A stretch of DNA of 63,093 bases, the filler included, from Myxococcota bacterium (GTDB taxonomy: Bacteria > Myxococcota_C > UBA6777): assembly GCA_023150835.1 (NCBI GenBank). It is 3 parts of 3 records of this genome, joined end to end, with 100 filler letters (N's around TTAATTAATTAA, not from the genome) between each part and the next. Parts side by side here need not be neighbours in the genome. Positions count along the whole stretch, not along the records: positions 22,314 to 51,797 come from JAKLKB010000119.1; 2 more parts are not named here. The stretch is one strand, 5' to 3'. The translations under genes and the position numbers were made by a program. The notes below the pieces were generated by a model. That model worked only from the letters and a program-made list of their open reading frames with translations, was not told where the DNA came from and searched no databases. Positions 29,431 through 40,059 of this stretch are shown in pieces (the first letter of the stretch is position 1; each line of letters opens with the position of its first letter).

Positions 29431-29536
29431 CTCCCAGCCTCCAAACCAACAGATGAGTGACGCAGCGGCTGCATCGAAAAGTGGCGTGCATCCCGACCTT
29501 TTGGACTCCCAGCCTCCAAACCAACGGAGGAGTGAC
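29431..29536. repeat. ~31-bp direct repeat pair
   Basis: ctcccagcctccaaaccaac.ga.gagtgac at 29431 and 29506. Confidence 0.7.
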
Positions 29537-29552
29537 TTGTGGCCAAAAAAAG

Positions 29553-29668
29553 CCGCGTTCGCGAACGCCCAAGCGACAGTGCCGTTGTGTTGAAAGAGTT
29601 GTGCTCTGTTCGCCGATACGGGGTCAAGGGGGCCGCGACCCCTTGCGGGGCGTGGGGTGGAACCCCAC
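29553..29668 (-). repeat. Dispersed ~120-nt three-hairpin repeat, copy 4
   Basis: ccgcgttcgcg...caagcg...ttgaaa...cgccgatacggggtcaagggggccgcgaccccttgcggggcgtggggtggaaccccac. Confidence 0.85.
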
Positions 29669-29806
29669 ATCACCAGACCAGCGGCGTCACTTCTACCAAC
29701 GGATGGGTTCGGCTCAAAATGCGAACCTGCACAGCGCAGCCTCCGTATGCGCCCCCGAGATCCGTTCCCTGCTTCTTTGTTGCTTTACTTTCGGAGGTTT
29801 CGGACC

Positions 29807-30859
29807 ATGCGCGTGCTTTTGCTGACAGACACCCACAACGAGTTGGCGATCATCAACGAACTCGCTTTTAGCGAGCGCATTGATGCTTGCATCCACTGCG
29901 GAGACTTCGGCTTTTACGACGGTGAAAGCCCTGATCGCCTCACCCAACGCGAGCTCCAACTTCGTATTCGACACTCCGATCTTCCCCGAGATCTACGTAA
30001 GAGATCGTATGAGATGGGGCGAGAACAAGCCCTCGAAGTGATCCGCACCCACAAGATGCTCGAAGGCTTTGTTCCGTATCTTTCGGGGCAATCGCGATTT
30101 TCGGTGCCTGTTTATGCAGTATGGGGGAACCATGACGATCATCAAGTCATACGAAAACTGATCAACGGCACCTATCAAGTCCCCAATCTCCATCTTTTGC
30201 ATGAAAACAATGCTCCTTTTTTAGGAAATACCCGGATCGCTCTTTTGGGAGTCGGTGGTAATTTTTATCTTGAAGGAGACAAGCTGTTTGCATCGGAATA
30301 CACGGGACACGGCGGAACGATTAGAGCTTCTTGGTTACAATACGCCCGATTGATCGAGCAATTCAAGCATCTTCAACAAACGCAATCTCCGCGTGCAACG
30401 ATCTTTGTGAGCCATGTTTCGCCCGCGAAAAGCGAAGCGCGTTTGATCGAGCGAATTTGTCTTGTGTTGGGGATCGATCTTTCGGTGAGCGGACACATGG
30501 ATCCCCCGATCTGCCATGCCTACAGCCTGTTTGCGATCTGCGAGCCGCAAGAAGTCGTGGGTCGTTCACAAGCCGCTTTTGAGACGTTGTGTCGACGGTG
30601 GGAGCAAGAGCGCGAGACGAGTGGGCTGAGCGCAAAAGAACAGGCATGGATCGAGGATTCGCTCCGTGCGCTCGATATCCCCGATATGGCCGAACCCGAG
30701 AGAGGAAAGCGCGCACCTGTAGGTTCGTTCGAAGATCACTACTACAAAACGCAATTTATCAATCTGGCGGACACGCCCGAAGGGTGGGCGATCTTGGAAG
30801 TTGAAGCAGAGGCTCTTACGCTGCACACCCGATCGCGCTTTCCGCTGCGCTCGGTATAG
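29807..30859 (+). CDS. Calcineurin-like metallophosphoesterase
   Basis: TDTH, HCGDFG, WGNHDD, SHVSP, SGHMD. Confidence 0.85.
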   Translation: MRVLLLTDTHNELAIINELAFSERIDACIHCGDFGFYDGESPDRLTQRELQLRIRHSDLPRDLRKRSYEMGREQALEVIRTHKMLEGFVPYLSGQSRFSVPVYAVWGNHDDHQVIRKLINGTYQVPNLHLLHENNAPFLGNTRIALLGVGGNFYLEGDKLFASEYTGHGGTIRASWLQYARLIEQFKHLQQTQSPRATIFVSHVSPAKSEARLIERICLVLGIDLSVSGHMDPPICHAYSLFAICEPQEVVGRSQAAFETLCRRWEQERETSGLSAKEQAWIEDSLRALDIPDMAEPERGKRAPVGSFEDHYYKTQFINLADTPEGWAILEVEAEALTLHTRSRFPLRSV

Positions 30860-30970
30860 CGCCAAGCCACGCAGAAAAGGCAAGATTCGCGCTCTTCTTA
30901 CCCCTCATACGATATGGGAGAGAAGTGTGATCGAAAGGTAAGCGCGATTCGTTGCAGACGCCCTGAGATC

Positions 30971-31030
30971 GGGCAGCCACAGGGGGCTGCCCCTACATAT
31001 TGCGATCACACCATGGGCGGATCTCGTATC
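30971..31030. repeat. GTAG-type REP palindrome (same family as 1-218)
   Basis: gggcagccacagggggctgcccctaca...gggcggatctcg between convergent genes. Confidence 0.85.
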
Positions 31031-31194
31031 ACCCCTCTGGTTTCCTCTCACCTTGCGACGCTCGCAAGGCCTCATGGCAAGGCGAGAGGATGTCCGAAGG
31101 ACAGGGGTGAGCGTCACACGATATCGTGTCGCCTACTCATTCCTTGCCCGCTTTGCTTTGCAGAAGCAGTAAGCGTCACACGATACCGTGTCGC

Positions 31195-32562
31195 CTACCC
31201 CACCCAAACGCTTTTGACGTTCACAAAGGCCAAGATGCCTTCGCGACCGAGTTCGCGGCCAAAGCCCGAAGCTTTCGTTCCTCCGAAAGGTAGGCGAGGA
31301 TCGGACTTGACCATCCCATTGAAAAACACATTTCCAGCGTTTAAGCGACCGACCAGTCGACGTATTCGCGAGGTGTCTTGTGTCCACAGACTCGCTCCTA
31401 GCCCGTAGGGTGTCGCGTTGGCGAGATATAGCATTTCTTCTTCATTTTCGAACGAATAAAGAGTGATCACAGGTCCAAAAAGTTCTTCTTGTGAAGCGGG
31501 GTGGTGTGGGTCCACTCCGCGCAAGATCATGGGCGGGAAAAAGAACCCATGAGGCTTGGGGATGTCTCCTTCAAACAGCACCGATGCTCCGGCCTCTTTG
31601 AGCGCTTGTACTTGCGTCGCCAAGGAATCGCGTAGATCAGCCCGAGCCAACGGCCCGATCTGGGTTGTCGGCTCACAAGCATTTCCCACACGCAGCGCAG
31701 CCATGCCTTCGCGCAAAGCATCGATCCATTGGGCCTCGATAGAGCGGTGGATCAAGAAGCGCTTGGCCGCGATGCAGCTTTGGCCGTTGTTGAGGCAGCG
31801 CGACCGCACGCCGTGTTGTGCGGCCCGCGCAAGATCAGCATCTGGGAACACCACAAACGGGTCACTGCCGCCGAGTTCCATCACCATCGGTTTGAGAGCT
31901 TCTCCGCCCACGCGGGCCACAGCTTTTCCTGCGCGAGTGCTGCCTGTCAACGTCACAGCCGCGACACGAGGATCGGCGATCACTTCGGCGGCTTGCGCGT
32001 TGCTCAGGCGCAATTGTTGGAATACTCCCTCGGGAAACCCTGCGTCTTGTAGGAGAGAAACGATCTGCTCCGCAAGATAGGGCGTGTTGGGAGCGTGCTT
32101 GAGCAGCCCGACGTTTCCCGCCATCAAGGTGGGAGCCGCAAACCGAAAGACCTGCCAAAATGGGAAGTTCCACGGCATAATCGCCAACACCACACCGAGC
32201 GGCTCGTACAACACAAACGCCTCGGAACCATCGGAAAGATGGGGGACTTCGCGCAGCATCTCTTCGGCTTCTTCTGCATAATAACGACAAACCCACGCGC
32301 ATTTCTTGGCTTCGGCGACGCCCTCCGCAAGCGGCTTTCCCATCTCCAACGCCATCTCATAAGCATACGTCTCTGCGCGCTCTTCGAGCAACGCCGCACA
32401 CCGAAGCATCGGCGCTGCACGTTGCGCAAAGGAAGCTGCGCGCCACGCAGAAAAAGCCGCATCTCCCCGCGCCAAGGCTTGTTCGATCTCTGTTTGGCTT
32501 GCCAAGGCGTAAGAACGTAAAAGTTCTCCTGTGTTCGGGTTTCGACGTTCGTATCGCACCAT
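31195..32562 (-). CDS. NAD(P)-dependent aldehyde dehydrogenase (succinate-semialdehyde dehydrogenase-like)
   Basis: IMPWNFP, LKHA, LTGS, MELGGSDP, NGQSCIA, EELFGP, PFGGTK.SG.GRE. Confidence 0.93.
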   Translation of the reverse strand: MVRYERRNPNTGELLRSYALASQTEIEQALARGDAAFSAWRAASFAQRAAPMLRCAALLEERAETYAYEMALEMGKPLAEGVAEAKKCAWVCRYYAEEAEEMLREVPHLSDGSEAFVLYEPLGVVLAIMPWNFPFWQVFRFAAPTLMAGNVGLLKHAPNTPYLAEQIVSLLQDAGFPEGVFQQLRLSNAQAAEVIADPRVAAVTLTGSTRAGKAVARVGGEALKPMVMELGGSDPFVVFPDADLARAAQHGVRSRCLNNGQSCIAAKRFLIHRSIEAQWIDALREGMAALRVGNACEPTTQIGPLARADLRDSLATQVQALKEAGASVLFEGDIPKPHGFFFPPMILRGVDPHHPASQEELFGPVITLYSFENEEEMLYLANATPYGLGASLWTQDTSRIRRLVGRLNAGNVFFNGMVKSDPRLPFGGTKASGFGRELGREGILAFVNVKSVWVG

Positions 32563-32726
32563 CTGCTCCTGCTCTGTTTTGACCGCTGCTTACAACGCCT
32601 CTCACGCACAGGACGCTCGCAGCCGGTTGATGTTTTGGGCCGCTTGATGAAAGAATCAAGCCGTGTAAAGCGCAAGACGCCAACCCCGATCTTCGGTTGA
32701 ACCCCACAGCATGGAGCCGATCACAA

Positions 32727-33692
32727 GTGACCCAACCAACGCACACACAGCCCACCCCGACAGACCCCCAAACGGCCCTGCGTGATATCCTCGCCTCGAT
32801 CCGCCGTGTCGTCCTCACCCAAGGCGAAGGCGTCGAGCTGACCGTCCTTGGCATCCTCAGCGGAGGACACGTCTTGCTCGAAGATGTCCCCGGGGTCGGC
32901 AAAACCACACTGGCCAAAACCCTCGCCAAGTCCCTCCATCTCGACTTTGCCCGCGTTCAATTTACCCCCGATCTCCTTCCTTCCGATATCCTCGGCTCCA
33001 CGATCCTCAATCCCAAAGACAGCACCTTTCATTTCCACCAAGGCCCTGTCTTCCATCACCTCCTGCTTGCCGACGAGATCAACCGCGCCTCGCCGCGTAC
33101 ACAATCCGCTCTTCTTGAGGCCATGAACGAACGACAAGTGACGATCGACGGCACAACGCACCCCCTCCCCTCGCCGTTTTTCGTGATCGCCACCCAAAAC
33201 CCCGTCGATCACCAAGGCACTTATCCCCTTCCCGAAGCGCAACTTGACCGATTCATCGTGCGGATCAGCCTCGGCTACCCAAGCAAAGAAGACGAGATCA
33301 AGATGCTCTTTGATCGCCAAACCACCGATCCGCTCGATCATATCCAGCCTGTGATGGGCCTCGACACCTTGCGCGCTCTCCAACAACAAGTCCGAGATAT
33401 CCGAGTGGAACGCGATGTGGCTCTTTACCTTCATGCCATCGTCGAGGCCACACGGCAACATACAGAACTGGCCCTCGGAGCCAGTCCACGCGCCACCCTC
33501 TCCTTTTTTCGCGCCATCCAAGCCCGCGCTTTCTTACAAGATCGCTCCTACGCCAGTCCCGATGATATCCAAGCGCTCACGATCCCCGTACTCGCTCACC
33601 GCATCCGCCTCTCCAACCAAGCCCGCTATGGCGGCAAAACCACCGCACACGTCCTGCAATCGATCCTCGCAACACAAAAGGTTCCCACATGA
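32727..33692 (+). CDS. MoxR family AAA+ ATPase
   Basis: LEDVPGVGKT, QFTPDLLPSD, LADEINRA, GTYPLPEAQLDRF, GASPRA. Confidence 0.95.
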   Translation: MTQPTHTQPTPTDPQTALRDILASIRRVVLTQGEGVELTVLGILSGGHVLLEDVPGVGKTTLAKTLAKSLHLDFARVQFTPDLLPSDILGSTILNPKDSTFHFHQGPVFHHLLLADEINRASPRTQSALLEAMNERQVTIDGTTHPLPSPFFVIATQNPVDHQGTYPLPEAQLDRFIVRISLGYPSKEDEIKMLFDRQTTDPLDHIQPVMGLDTLRALQQQVRDIRVERDVALYLHAIVEATRQHTELALGASPRATLSFFRAIQARAFLQDRSYASPDDIQALTIPVLAHRIRLSNQARYGGKTTAHVLQSILATQKVPT

Positions 33693-34966
33693 ATCTTTCA
33701 AAACTCAACTACATCCTTATTCCTAAAAAACCCGAAGAGCTTGAGCGGATTCGGCGTGCTTGGTATGCGAGATATGCTTATGCGTTGGTCTACTTCTTTT
33801 TTATGTTTTCGACCGAAGGCCAATGGCTGTTGATCGGATGGGTGATGTTGTCCGCGTTGAGTATCAACGTCGAGTTCACCCAATACTACGTGATGTGGAG
33901 TGTTGTCACGGGGCTGCTTTTTGCGTCGTTGCTGTTGCGTCGGGGGCTGATCTTGCATGGGGTACAGCTTCGCTTTACAGGGCCGCAGCGTGCGACTGTC
34001 GGCGAAGAAGTCCATCTGCTCGTCGAGATCCACAACCACAGCGAACAGCCTCATCAAGCCCTACGGATCGAACGCCCGTTTCTGCCGTGGGATGGGCGTT
34101 ATCTCAATCCACGTCCGTTTGTGGAACATCTCGCACCCGACCAAAGTCAGATCTGCCCGATCAAAGCGCGTTTTGTTGCACGAGGCGAACACATCCTCGG
34201 AACAGCGAGCGTTCGCGCTCTCACGCCGCTGGGGTTTGGTCTGGGTCCGCCCGTCTACAGCGAGCCGTTGCGTTTTTTGGTGATCCCGCGTATCGCGCAC
34301 GTCACCAACGTCCATGTCGATACGGTGATGCGCTACCAACCCGGCGGGGTCGCGCTGGCCTCGATTACAGGAGAGTCGCGGGAGATTATCGGAGTTCGAC
34401 CGTATCGCCCCGGGGATCTCGTCCGAGATCTTCATGCAAAAACATGGGCGCGCATCGGGATTCCTGTCGTACGAGAGTACCAGCAAGAGTATTTTACACG
34501 CATCGGGATCGTGATCGATACCGACGGTGGGGAAGCCGATGATCCGATCTTTGAGGCGATGCTCTCGCTGGCTGCGGGGATTACGGCCCAACTTAGCCGA
34601 GGAGAAGTGCTTTTGGATATCCTCGTGATCGGCGACGACATCCACCAACTCACTCTCGGGCGAAGTCTAGGCTTTCTCGAACAAGCCCTCGATCTGCTTG
34701 CGTGTGTCGTCCCCAAACAAGGCTTCCAAGCCCAAACTCTCCAAGCCCAACTGATGGGGCACCTCGATCGCCTGTCTTGTATGCTGTTTCTCTCGCTACG
34801 ATGGGATCCATCGCGTCAACACTTTACCGACTGGATCGAGCAACAAGGCACACGCTGTCGCAAGATCCTCGTGGCGGGAGAGACGCCTCTCCTTGATGCG
34901 CAAGCCGCCGGCGCAACGCTTGTTCAAGCCAAGGATATCCAGCAAAATCGGGAGATCGCTGTATGA
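33689..34966 (+). CDS. DUF58 domain protein
   Basis: N-terminal TM, VRPYRPGD..R.LHAK.WAR, VREY; overlaps moxR stop. Confidence 0.9.
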   Translation: MNLSKLNYILIPKKPEELERIRRAWYARYAYALVYFFFMFSTEGQWLLIGWVMLSALSINVEFTQYYVMWSVVTGLLFASLLLRRGLILHGVQLRFTGPQRATVGEEVHLLVEIHNHSEQPHQALRIERPFLPWDGRYLNPRPFVEHLAPDQSQICPIKARFVARGEHILGTASVRALTPLGFGLGPPVYSEPLRFLVIPRIAHVTNVHVDTVMRYQPGGVALASITGESREIIGVRPYRPGDLVRDLHAKTWARIGIPVVREYQQEYFTRIGIVIDTDGGEADDPIFEAMLSLAAGITAQLSRGEVLLDILVIGDDIHQLTLGRSLGFLEQALDLLACVVPKQGFQAQTLQAQLMGHLDRLSCMLFLSLRWDPSRQHFTDWIEQQGTRCRKILVAGETPLLDAQAAGATLVQAKDIQQNREIAV

Positions 34967-36864
34967 GAACGAGTCTCTGGCCGCTTCGTGCGTCCATTGC
35001 CATCGCGATCCTGCTGTATGCGTTGACCTTTCGGCAATGGACGGCGACTTACGCCCTGCTGGCCTTGCTTGGACTCACGCTGCTGCCTTTTCGCCTTGAG
35101 ATCGACCGTATCGGTGAGATCATCCTTGGTCTTGTCGGACTGGTTGCGGCATATATCCTGACTGTAAGCATCGGCCCTGCCCCCAAGCATCCGATCTCCG
35201 AAGGTTTTGCGTTGGTTCGTGCGTTTGCTTGTTTTTGGTCGCTTGCGTATGCCTGTTTGCGGGTACGCTTTCATGACCCCTTTGGCGGTCATGCAAGCAC
35301 CTTGTTTCTTCCGCTGTTTGTGGTGACGGCCTGCGGTGGCGATCACATTGGATATCTCTATCATGCCCTTGTGACGGTCTTTAGCCTTGTGTCCCTTCTG
35401 GCCTTGGCTGCACTTGATCCCTCTCGTCCTGCTCTCCCCAAGACCACTTCGCGGCGCAAGCTGCTCCTTGTGGTCGCTTTTTTGACAGCAACGCTGGTCG
35501 CTACGGGCTTGACGCTCGCCATCCCCCCTGTACACCAGTGGATCACCCAGCGCGTAAGCGATTCTTTCCTCAACCGCGCACAAACCGGCTTTAGTATGTA
35601 CTTTCGTGTTGGCTCTCTCTCGAATATGCTACAGTCTGAGCGCGCTGTCTTACGCGTACATGGGCGTTTCTCAGACACACTTCGATTGCGTGGCATCGTC
35701 TACAACCGCTACTTTAACAAGCATTGGAGTACGTCGCGCACCCGTTCTCCCAAAGTCTATCGCCTGCCGACTCGGCCCCTCGCGTCTTCTCTCACCGTCG
35801 AGCGGATCGCAGGCGAACGCTATCGCTACTTTGCCCCGCTCGATATCGACCATCTCTCTACACCGAGCGGCCATGTCGATATGGACGAGATGGGCCTCTT
35901 GCGCCCGCTCCAAAAAGAAATGCCCGAACGCCTAAGCTTTCAACTCACCAAGCAACGCAGCCCTGCCCTTGCACCGCCTGTCAAAGCCGATCTGCGCCTC
36001 TTCGGGGGTATAGAAAAGCGCCTACAGCCGCTGGCCTTGGCATGGACGAAAGCACAGTCCAGCTCTCTCGCCAAGATCCAAGCCCTTGTCCACAAGCTTC
36101 AATCCGAATACCGCTATTCTTTGTCCTTCGAGCGTCCACCGCACCTCGAACCGATCATCGACTTCCTCGAATACAACAAACAAGGACATTGCGAATACTT
36201 TGCATCGGCCTTGGCGCTACTCGCCCGAAGCATCGGCCTCCCTGCCCGTGTCATTGGTGGTTATCTTGTGTACGAATACAACGCCTTGGGCGGTTATTAT
36301 ATCGTACGCGAAAAAAACGCCCATGCTTGGGCTGAGATCTGGCTCCCGAACAAGGGCTGGCAAACCTTTGATGCGACTCCTGCTTCGGGGCTACGCTCCC
36401 ACAACCGCGATCGCTCGACGTTATTTGGCGGCACCATCGACCTCCTGCGTGTTTGGCTCGACAAGGCCCAAGAATGGCTGCTCAGCCTCACCCTCACCCA
36501 AGTCCTCACGCTGATCTTTTCCTTCATCGCCCTCTGGATCGCGATCCGCGTACTGCGTCGATTTCGCCAAAAAGCCCGATCACCAGGCGAATCAGGCCCA
36601 CATTACCGCGATCCGCTCGCCACCTACCAAGATCTCCTCCGCACACTCCATCCCACCCTACCCAAACAAGAACACGAAACCATCGAACATTACGCACGCC
36701 GTCTGCGCCGCGATGAATATCCCCCCCATGTCCATCAGGCCGCACAACTGCTTCTTGATTACGCAGCATTGCGCTACGGCACCCTTGGCAGCGAAGAAGA
36801 ACTTCAACAGCGCATCCAACAATGGCTCCAAGAACAACACATCTCTGCGCATGCTCCGCCCTAA
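34963..36864 (+). CDS. Transglutaminase-like membrane protein (TgpA-like)
   Basis: Multi-TM N-terminus; GHCEYFASA, AHAWAE, FDATP catalytic triad. Confidence 0.92.
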   Translation: MRTSLWPLRASIAIAILLYALTFRQWTATYALLALLGLTLLPFRLEIDRIGEIILGLVGLVAAYILTVSIGPAPKHPISEGFALVRAFACFWSLAYACLRVRFHDPFGGHASTLFLPLFVVTACGGDHIGYLYHALVTVFSLVSLLALAALDPSRPALPKTTSRRKLLLVVAFLTATLVATGLTLAIPPVHQWITQRVSDSFLNRAQTGFSMYFRVGSLSNMLQSERAVLRVHGRFSDTLRLRGIVYNRYFNKHWSTSRTRSPKVYRLPTRPLASSLTVERIAGERYRYFAPLDIDHLSTPSGHVDMDEMGLLRPLQKEMPERLSFQLTKQRSPALAPPVKADLRLFGGIEKRLQPLALAWTKAQSSSLAKIQALVHKLQSEYRYSLSFERPPHLEPIIDFLEYNKQGHCEYFASALALLARSIGLPARVIGGYLVYEYNALGGYYIVREKNAHAWAEIWLPNKGWQTFDATPASGLRSHNRDRSTLFGGTIDLLRVWLDKAQEWLLSLTLTQVLTLIFSFIALWIAIRVLRRFRQKARSPGESGPHYRDPLATYQDLLRTLHPTLPKQEHETIEHYARRLRRDEYPPHVHQAAQLLLDYAALRYGTLGSEEELQQRIQQWLQEQHISAHAPP

Positions 36865-36914
36865 ACTGCAATCCCCCAAAAAGCCCACTCACATACGCCA
36901 AAGGAAGCCCAAAG

Positions 36915-37604
36915 ATGTCTCAGAAACCACACAACCATCCCCCCCGTCCTACAGGGCCTTTCGTCGAACAATCTCCCCAAAGCCACGACGATCCCCATCA
37001 CGCCCCCCTCGAACAAACCGTCGAGCTGCAAATCGATGCAAATCACCCACTCCACGCACGCCGAAAAGCCCACCAGTCGCCCGCCGCACCAACAGACCAA
37101 GAAACCACCGTGTTACTCTCCCGCCCCAACCTCTCCTCTCCTTCGAGTGAAGCCCTTCCTGCGGCCTCTTCAAGCGTCTCCCCTCTTCCCAAAGCCACCC
37201 CCGACGATACCAAGCCCCATCCCCTGCCCCACCGCGTCCAACCCCCTCGCCACGCTTCGCCTTCCTCTGACGCCCTCCCTGCCGCTGCTTCGATATCTTC
37301 TGCGCCCACACCCATCCCTCCGTCCGCCACTTCCGCTGCACCTTCGTCCCCGCTCGCCTCTCCATCTTCGTCAAAAAAGCAAAGCCTCTCGTCTTTTTTT
37401 ACCAGAAAAGATGGACCGATGGAGATGTATTTATTGCTTGGCGGTGTCGGTCTTCTTTTTTTTCTGGTGTTTGTGTGGGCATTTTTTATTTTGGTTTCGA
37501 TGCGTTCCTCTTCCCCCCAAAAACCGACCGATCCGCGACCCACCCCCGCGCAGCAAACACAGCCCGCCAAGATCTCACCTGCCAAAACCTCGCCCTCTAA
37601 GTGA
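36915..37604 (+). CDS. Pro/Ser-rich single-pass membrane protein
   Basis: Low-complexity N-terminus and one strong TM helix. Confidence 0.55.
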   Translation: MSQKPHNHPPRPTGPFVEQSPQSHDDPHHAPLEQTVELQIDANHPLHARRKAHQSPAAPTDQETTVLLSRPNLSSPSSEALPAASSSVSPLPKATPDDTKPHPLPHRVQPPRHASPSSDALPAAASISSAPTPIPPSATSAAPSSPLASPSSSKKQSLSSFFTRKDGPMEMYLLLGGVGLLFFLVFVWAFFILVSMRSSSPQKPTDPRPTPAQQTQPAKISPAKTSPSK

Positions 37605-37678
37605 CTTCTTCTCCAAAGACTCGGTGCATACGCACGGAACGAATCACCCCCGACAAAAAGAGCGATGGAGACGACAAG

Positions 37679-38332
37679 ATGATCGATATGCTTCCTTACT
37701 TGCCTTGGCTGTTCTCGTTACTTTCGTTTGGTTTTGCAATAGGCATCGGATGGTTTCAAGGCCGTAAGTATCGGCGCATGGAGCGTCAGCATCAAGAAGT
37801 CTTGCTCGCGCAGAAGCAACAGCATGAGGCACAACTTGACGCATTCCGACGACAGCATACCGAAACACTGCTTGCGCAACAAGACGAACACCAAGCCATC
37901 TTGCGACGCCGAGAACGCGAGGCGGAAAAGCAGCGCGAACGAGCCGTGATTCCGCTACTTTTGGCCTTGCTCCCCGCACTTGATGCACTCGAACAAGCCC
38001 AACGAAGCACACACCAGCCCGACACATCACTGCACGATCTCGCCCAAGGAATCGAGATCTTGCAGCACACCTTCCTCCAAGCCCTCGCCCAGCAAGAGAT
38101 CCACCCGATCCAGCCAACGAGCGGAGCCCTCTTCGATCCCGAAGAACATGAATCCATCGGGCTGATCGACGCTCCCAACCTACCGCTCAACAGCGTCGCA
38201 CAGACCTTGCGCACAGGGTGGCGGCTGCGCGATACGCTGCTGCGACCTGCGACCGTTCAAACCACCCCGCCCGCTGCTTCTTTCGTCCCTGCCGAACCTT
38301 CCTCAACAGCACAAGGAGATACACCAAACTAA
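37679..38332 (+). CDS. GrpE-like nucleotide exchange factor with N-terminal TM anchor
   Basis: LLPALDALEQA, FDPEEHE, GWRL.D.LLRPA.V; N-terminal hydrophobic helix. Confidence 0.8.
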   Translation: MIDMLPYLPWLFSLLSFGFAIGIGWFQGRKYRRMERQHQEVLLAQKQQHEAQLDAFRRQHTETLLAQQDEHQAILRRREREAEKQRERAVIPLLLALLPALDALEQAQRSTHQPDTSLHDLAQGIEILQHTFLQALAQQEIHPIQPTSGALFDPEEHESIGLIDAPNLPLNSVAQTLRTGWRLRDTLLRPATVQTTPPAASFVPAEPSSTAQGDTPN

Positions 38333-40047
38333 GAACGCGAAAGCAAAGCGTTCGCGGGTGCAAGGTTCAAGACGAGGCCCAGCTTGAGTTGCGCCTCCCA
38401 AAGTCCGATCCCATCCCGATAACGGCGAAACAGATCAATCGACTTTCCAAACAAACCGCGTGCGTCTTCAAAGGCTTCACGCTGCCAGAAAAGCTCACCA
38501 ACCGCCATCAGATAACGGCCCAAGCGTATGCCATCGCCCGCCGCACGAAAGGCATCCCGCGCCTCGACAAGCTGCACTTCTGCTTCTTCGGATTCTCCCG
38601 ACGCCCCAAGCAAGCGCGCCGTCGCCATCCGAATCTCCCCCACCAAGACGGGACTCATCGGTTTCGGCACCACCGCGATCGCTTGTTCGATCGCATTGCG
38701 CGAAAGATCATGCCGTTCCAGCCGACAATACACCTCAGCCAACAACAAGCTCGACCACCACCGGACCGCCCATGAATCAGACTCTTTAAACGGCGACAAT
38801 AGCTGAAACACCATGCGCAAGCGGCCCTGCCCAAGATGCCAACGCGCCATCTCCAACGCCGCCAATGCCGCTGCCCAAGGAGTGTCCAGCGTGGAAAGCT
38901 GTTGGAGGCTTGTATTGAGCGCCGCGATGCCCTCTTCTTTGTTTGCTCCGATCGAACGAATCAACGCCATCTGTCGGCACGGAGCAGAAAGCCCCATCGC
39001 ATCGACGCTTGGGACAGGCTGCTCGGCTTCACGATGCGCCAACAAGTACGCACACAAGCGCGAACGCTCCGACACTCCCTCTTCCGCACGTACAGCCAAC
39101 ACCGCCGCCCACGCAGGAGAGCCAAGCTCCAAAAGCCCCCGAACGATCGCATCCTCTTCTATCTCCCAAGAAGATCTCTGACTTTGATCCGCAAGGGATA
39201 ACCACAGCCGTGTGGCTGCCGGACAGGCTGTCCCTTCGCTGAAACGCGATGCTGCACGATGCCAACGCTGGCTTCGCAAGGCGAAACTTGGCGCAGCCAA
39301 ACGCAGGCGGTCTTGGACAAAAGCACCCTCTTGATCCAAGACCCCACAACGACGGAGTTCTGCGCGCCTTCGGATATGATTCGCCCGAGACAGCCGTCCC
39401 ATCGCCGCCACGTCCAGACGATCACCAAACACCAAGGCTTGCCCGAGATAATCTGCGGTCTGCCGCGACAAGCGTTGCCCCCACCTTTCGGCCACATCAC
39501 GCGAAAGCGCCCGATAATCCGAGATATGTTGGCTTTGTACAACAGGAGGTTCCACACGCAATCGCTGCATCCCTGCGTGAACAGTCTGCCCTTGTTTGGA
39601 CAAAAACACGAAATGGATCGGTAGCTTGAGATAACCAAGGCACGCCATCCGCAAGAATTCGCCCCACAACGGGGCATCCAGATCAGCCCCCTCGATCCAA
39701 GCCACCGTTGGAGACGCTTGCAAGACCTCTCCAAAACGCAGAAACCACCGAGACAAGCATACGGATGCGCCCAACCAAAGAGAGGGGATATCGATCTCTT
39801 CCGATTGGATTGGTGGAGGCGTCACGCCGTGACAAGCGCAAAGATGCACCAACGGAGCCAACGGAAACCACGGCTGCGGCGGTCGCAACACCACCAATGG
39901 AAGAGACTGCGCAGCCATCCATCCCAGCCAACGGACTTCGGCATCTTCCACAGAAGAAGACAGCGCGCTCACGCGAGCGATCCCCTCGGAAAAAGGAGAG
40001 CGCAACGTGTGTAAGATATCCTCTTGCCTCATCCCATCTCGCTCCAT
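38329..40047 (-). CDS. Hypothetical protein with C-terminal TPR-like repeats
   Basis: 572-aa ORF; helical A...L..A...F...GD repeats near the C-terminus. Confidence 0.55.
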   Translation of the reverse strand: MERDGMRQEDILHTLRSPFSEGIARVSALSSSVEDAEVRWLGWMAAQSLPLVVLRPPQPWFPLAPLVHLCACHGVTPPPIQSEEIDIPSLWLGASVCLSRWFLRFGEVLQASPTVAWIEGADLDAPLWGEFLRMACLGYLKLPIHFVFLSKQGQTVHAGMQRLRVEPPVVQSQHISDYRALSRDVAERWGQRLSRQTADYLGQALVFGDRLDVAAMGRLSRANHIRRRAELRRCGVLDQEGAFVQDRLRLAAPSFALRSQRWHRAASRFSEGTACPAATRLWLSLADQSQRSSWEIEEDAIVRGLLELGSPAWAAVLAVRAEEGVSERSRLCAYLLAHREAEQPVPSVDAMGLSAPCRQMALIRSIGANKEEGIAALNTSLQQLSTLDTPWAAALAALEMARWHLGQGRLRMVFQLLSPFKESDSWAVRWWSSLLLAEVYCRLERHDLSRNAIEQAIAVVPKPMSPVLVGEIRMATARLLGASGESEEAEVQLVEARDAFRAAGDGIRLGRYLMAVGELFWQREAFEDARGLFGKSIDLFRRYRDGIGLWEAQLKLGLVLNLAPANALLSRS

Positions 40048-40059
40048 CCGTCGCGATCG

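Noticed and set aside
32727-36864. MoxR-DUF58-transglutaminase operon as a novel system
   Set aside because: A widespread, already described gene arrangement
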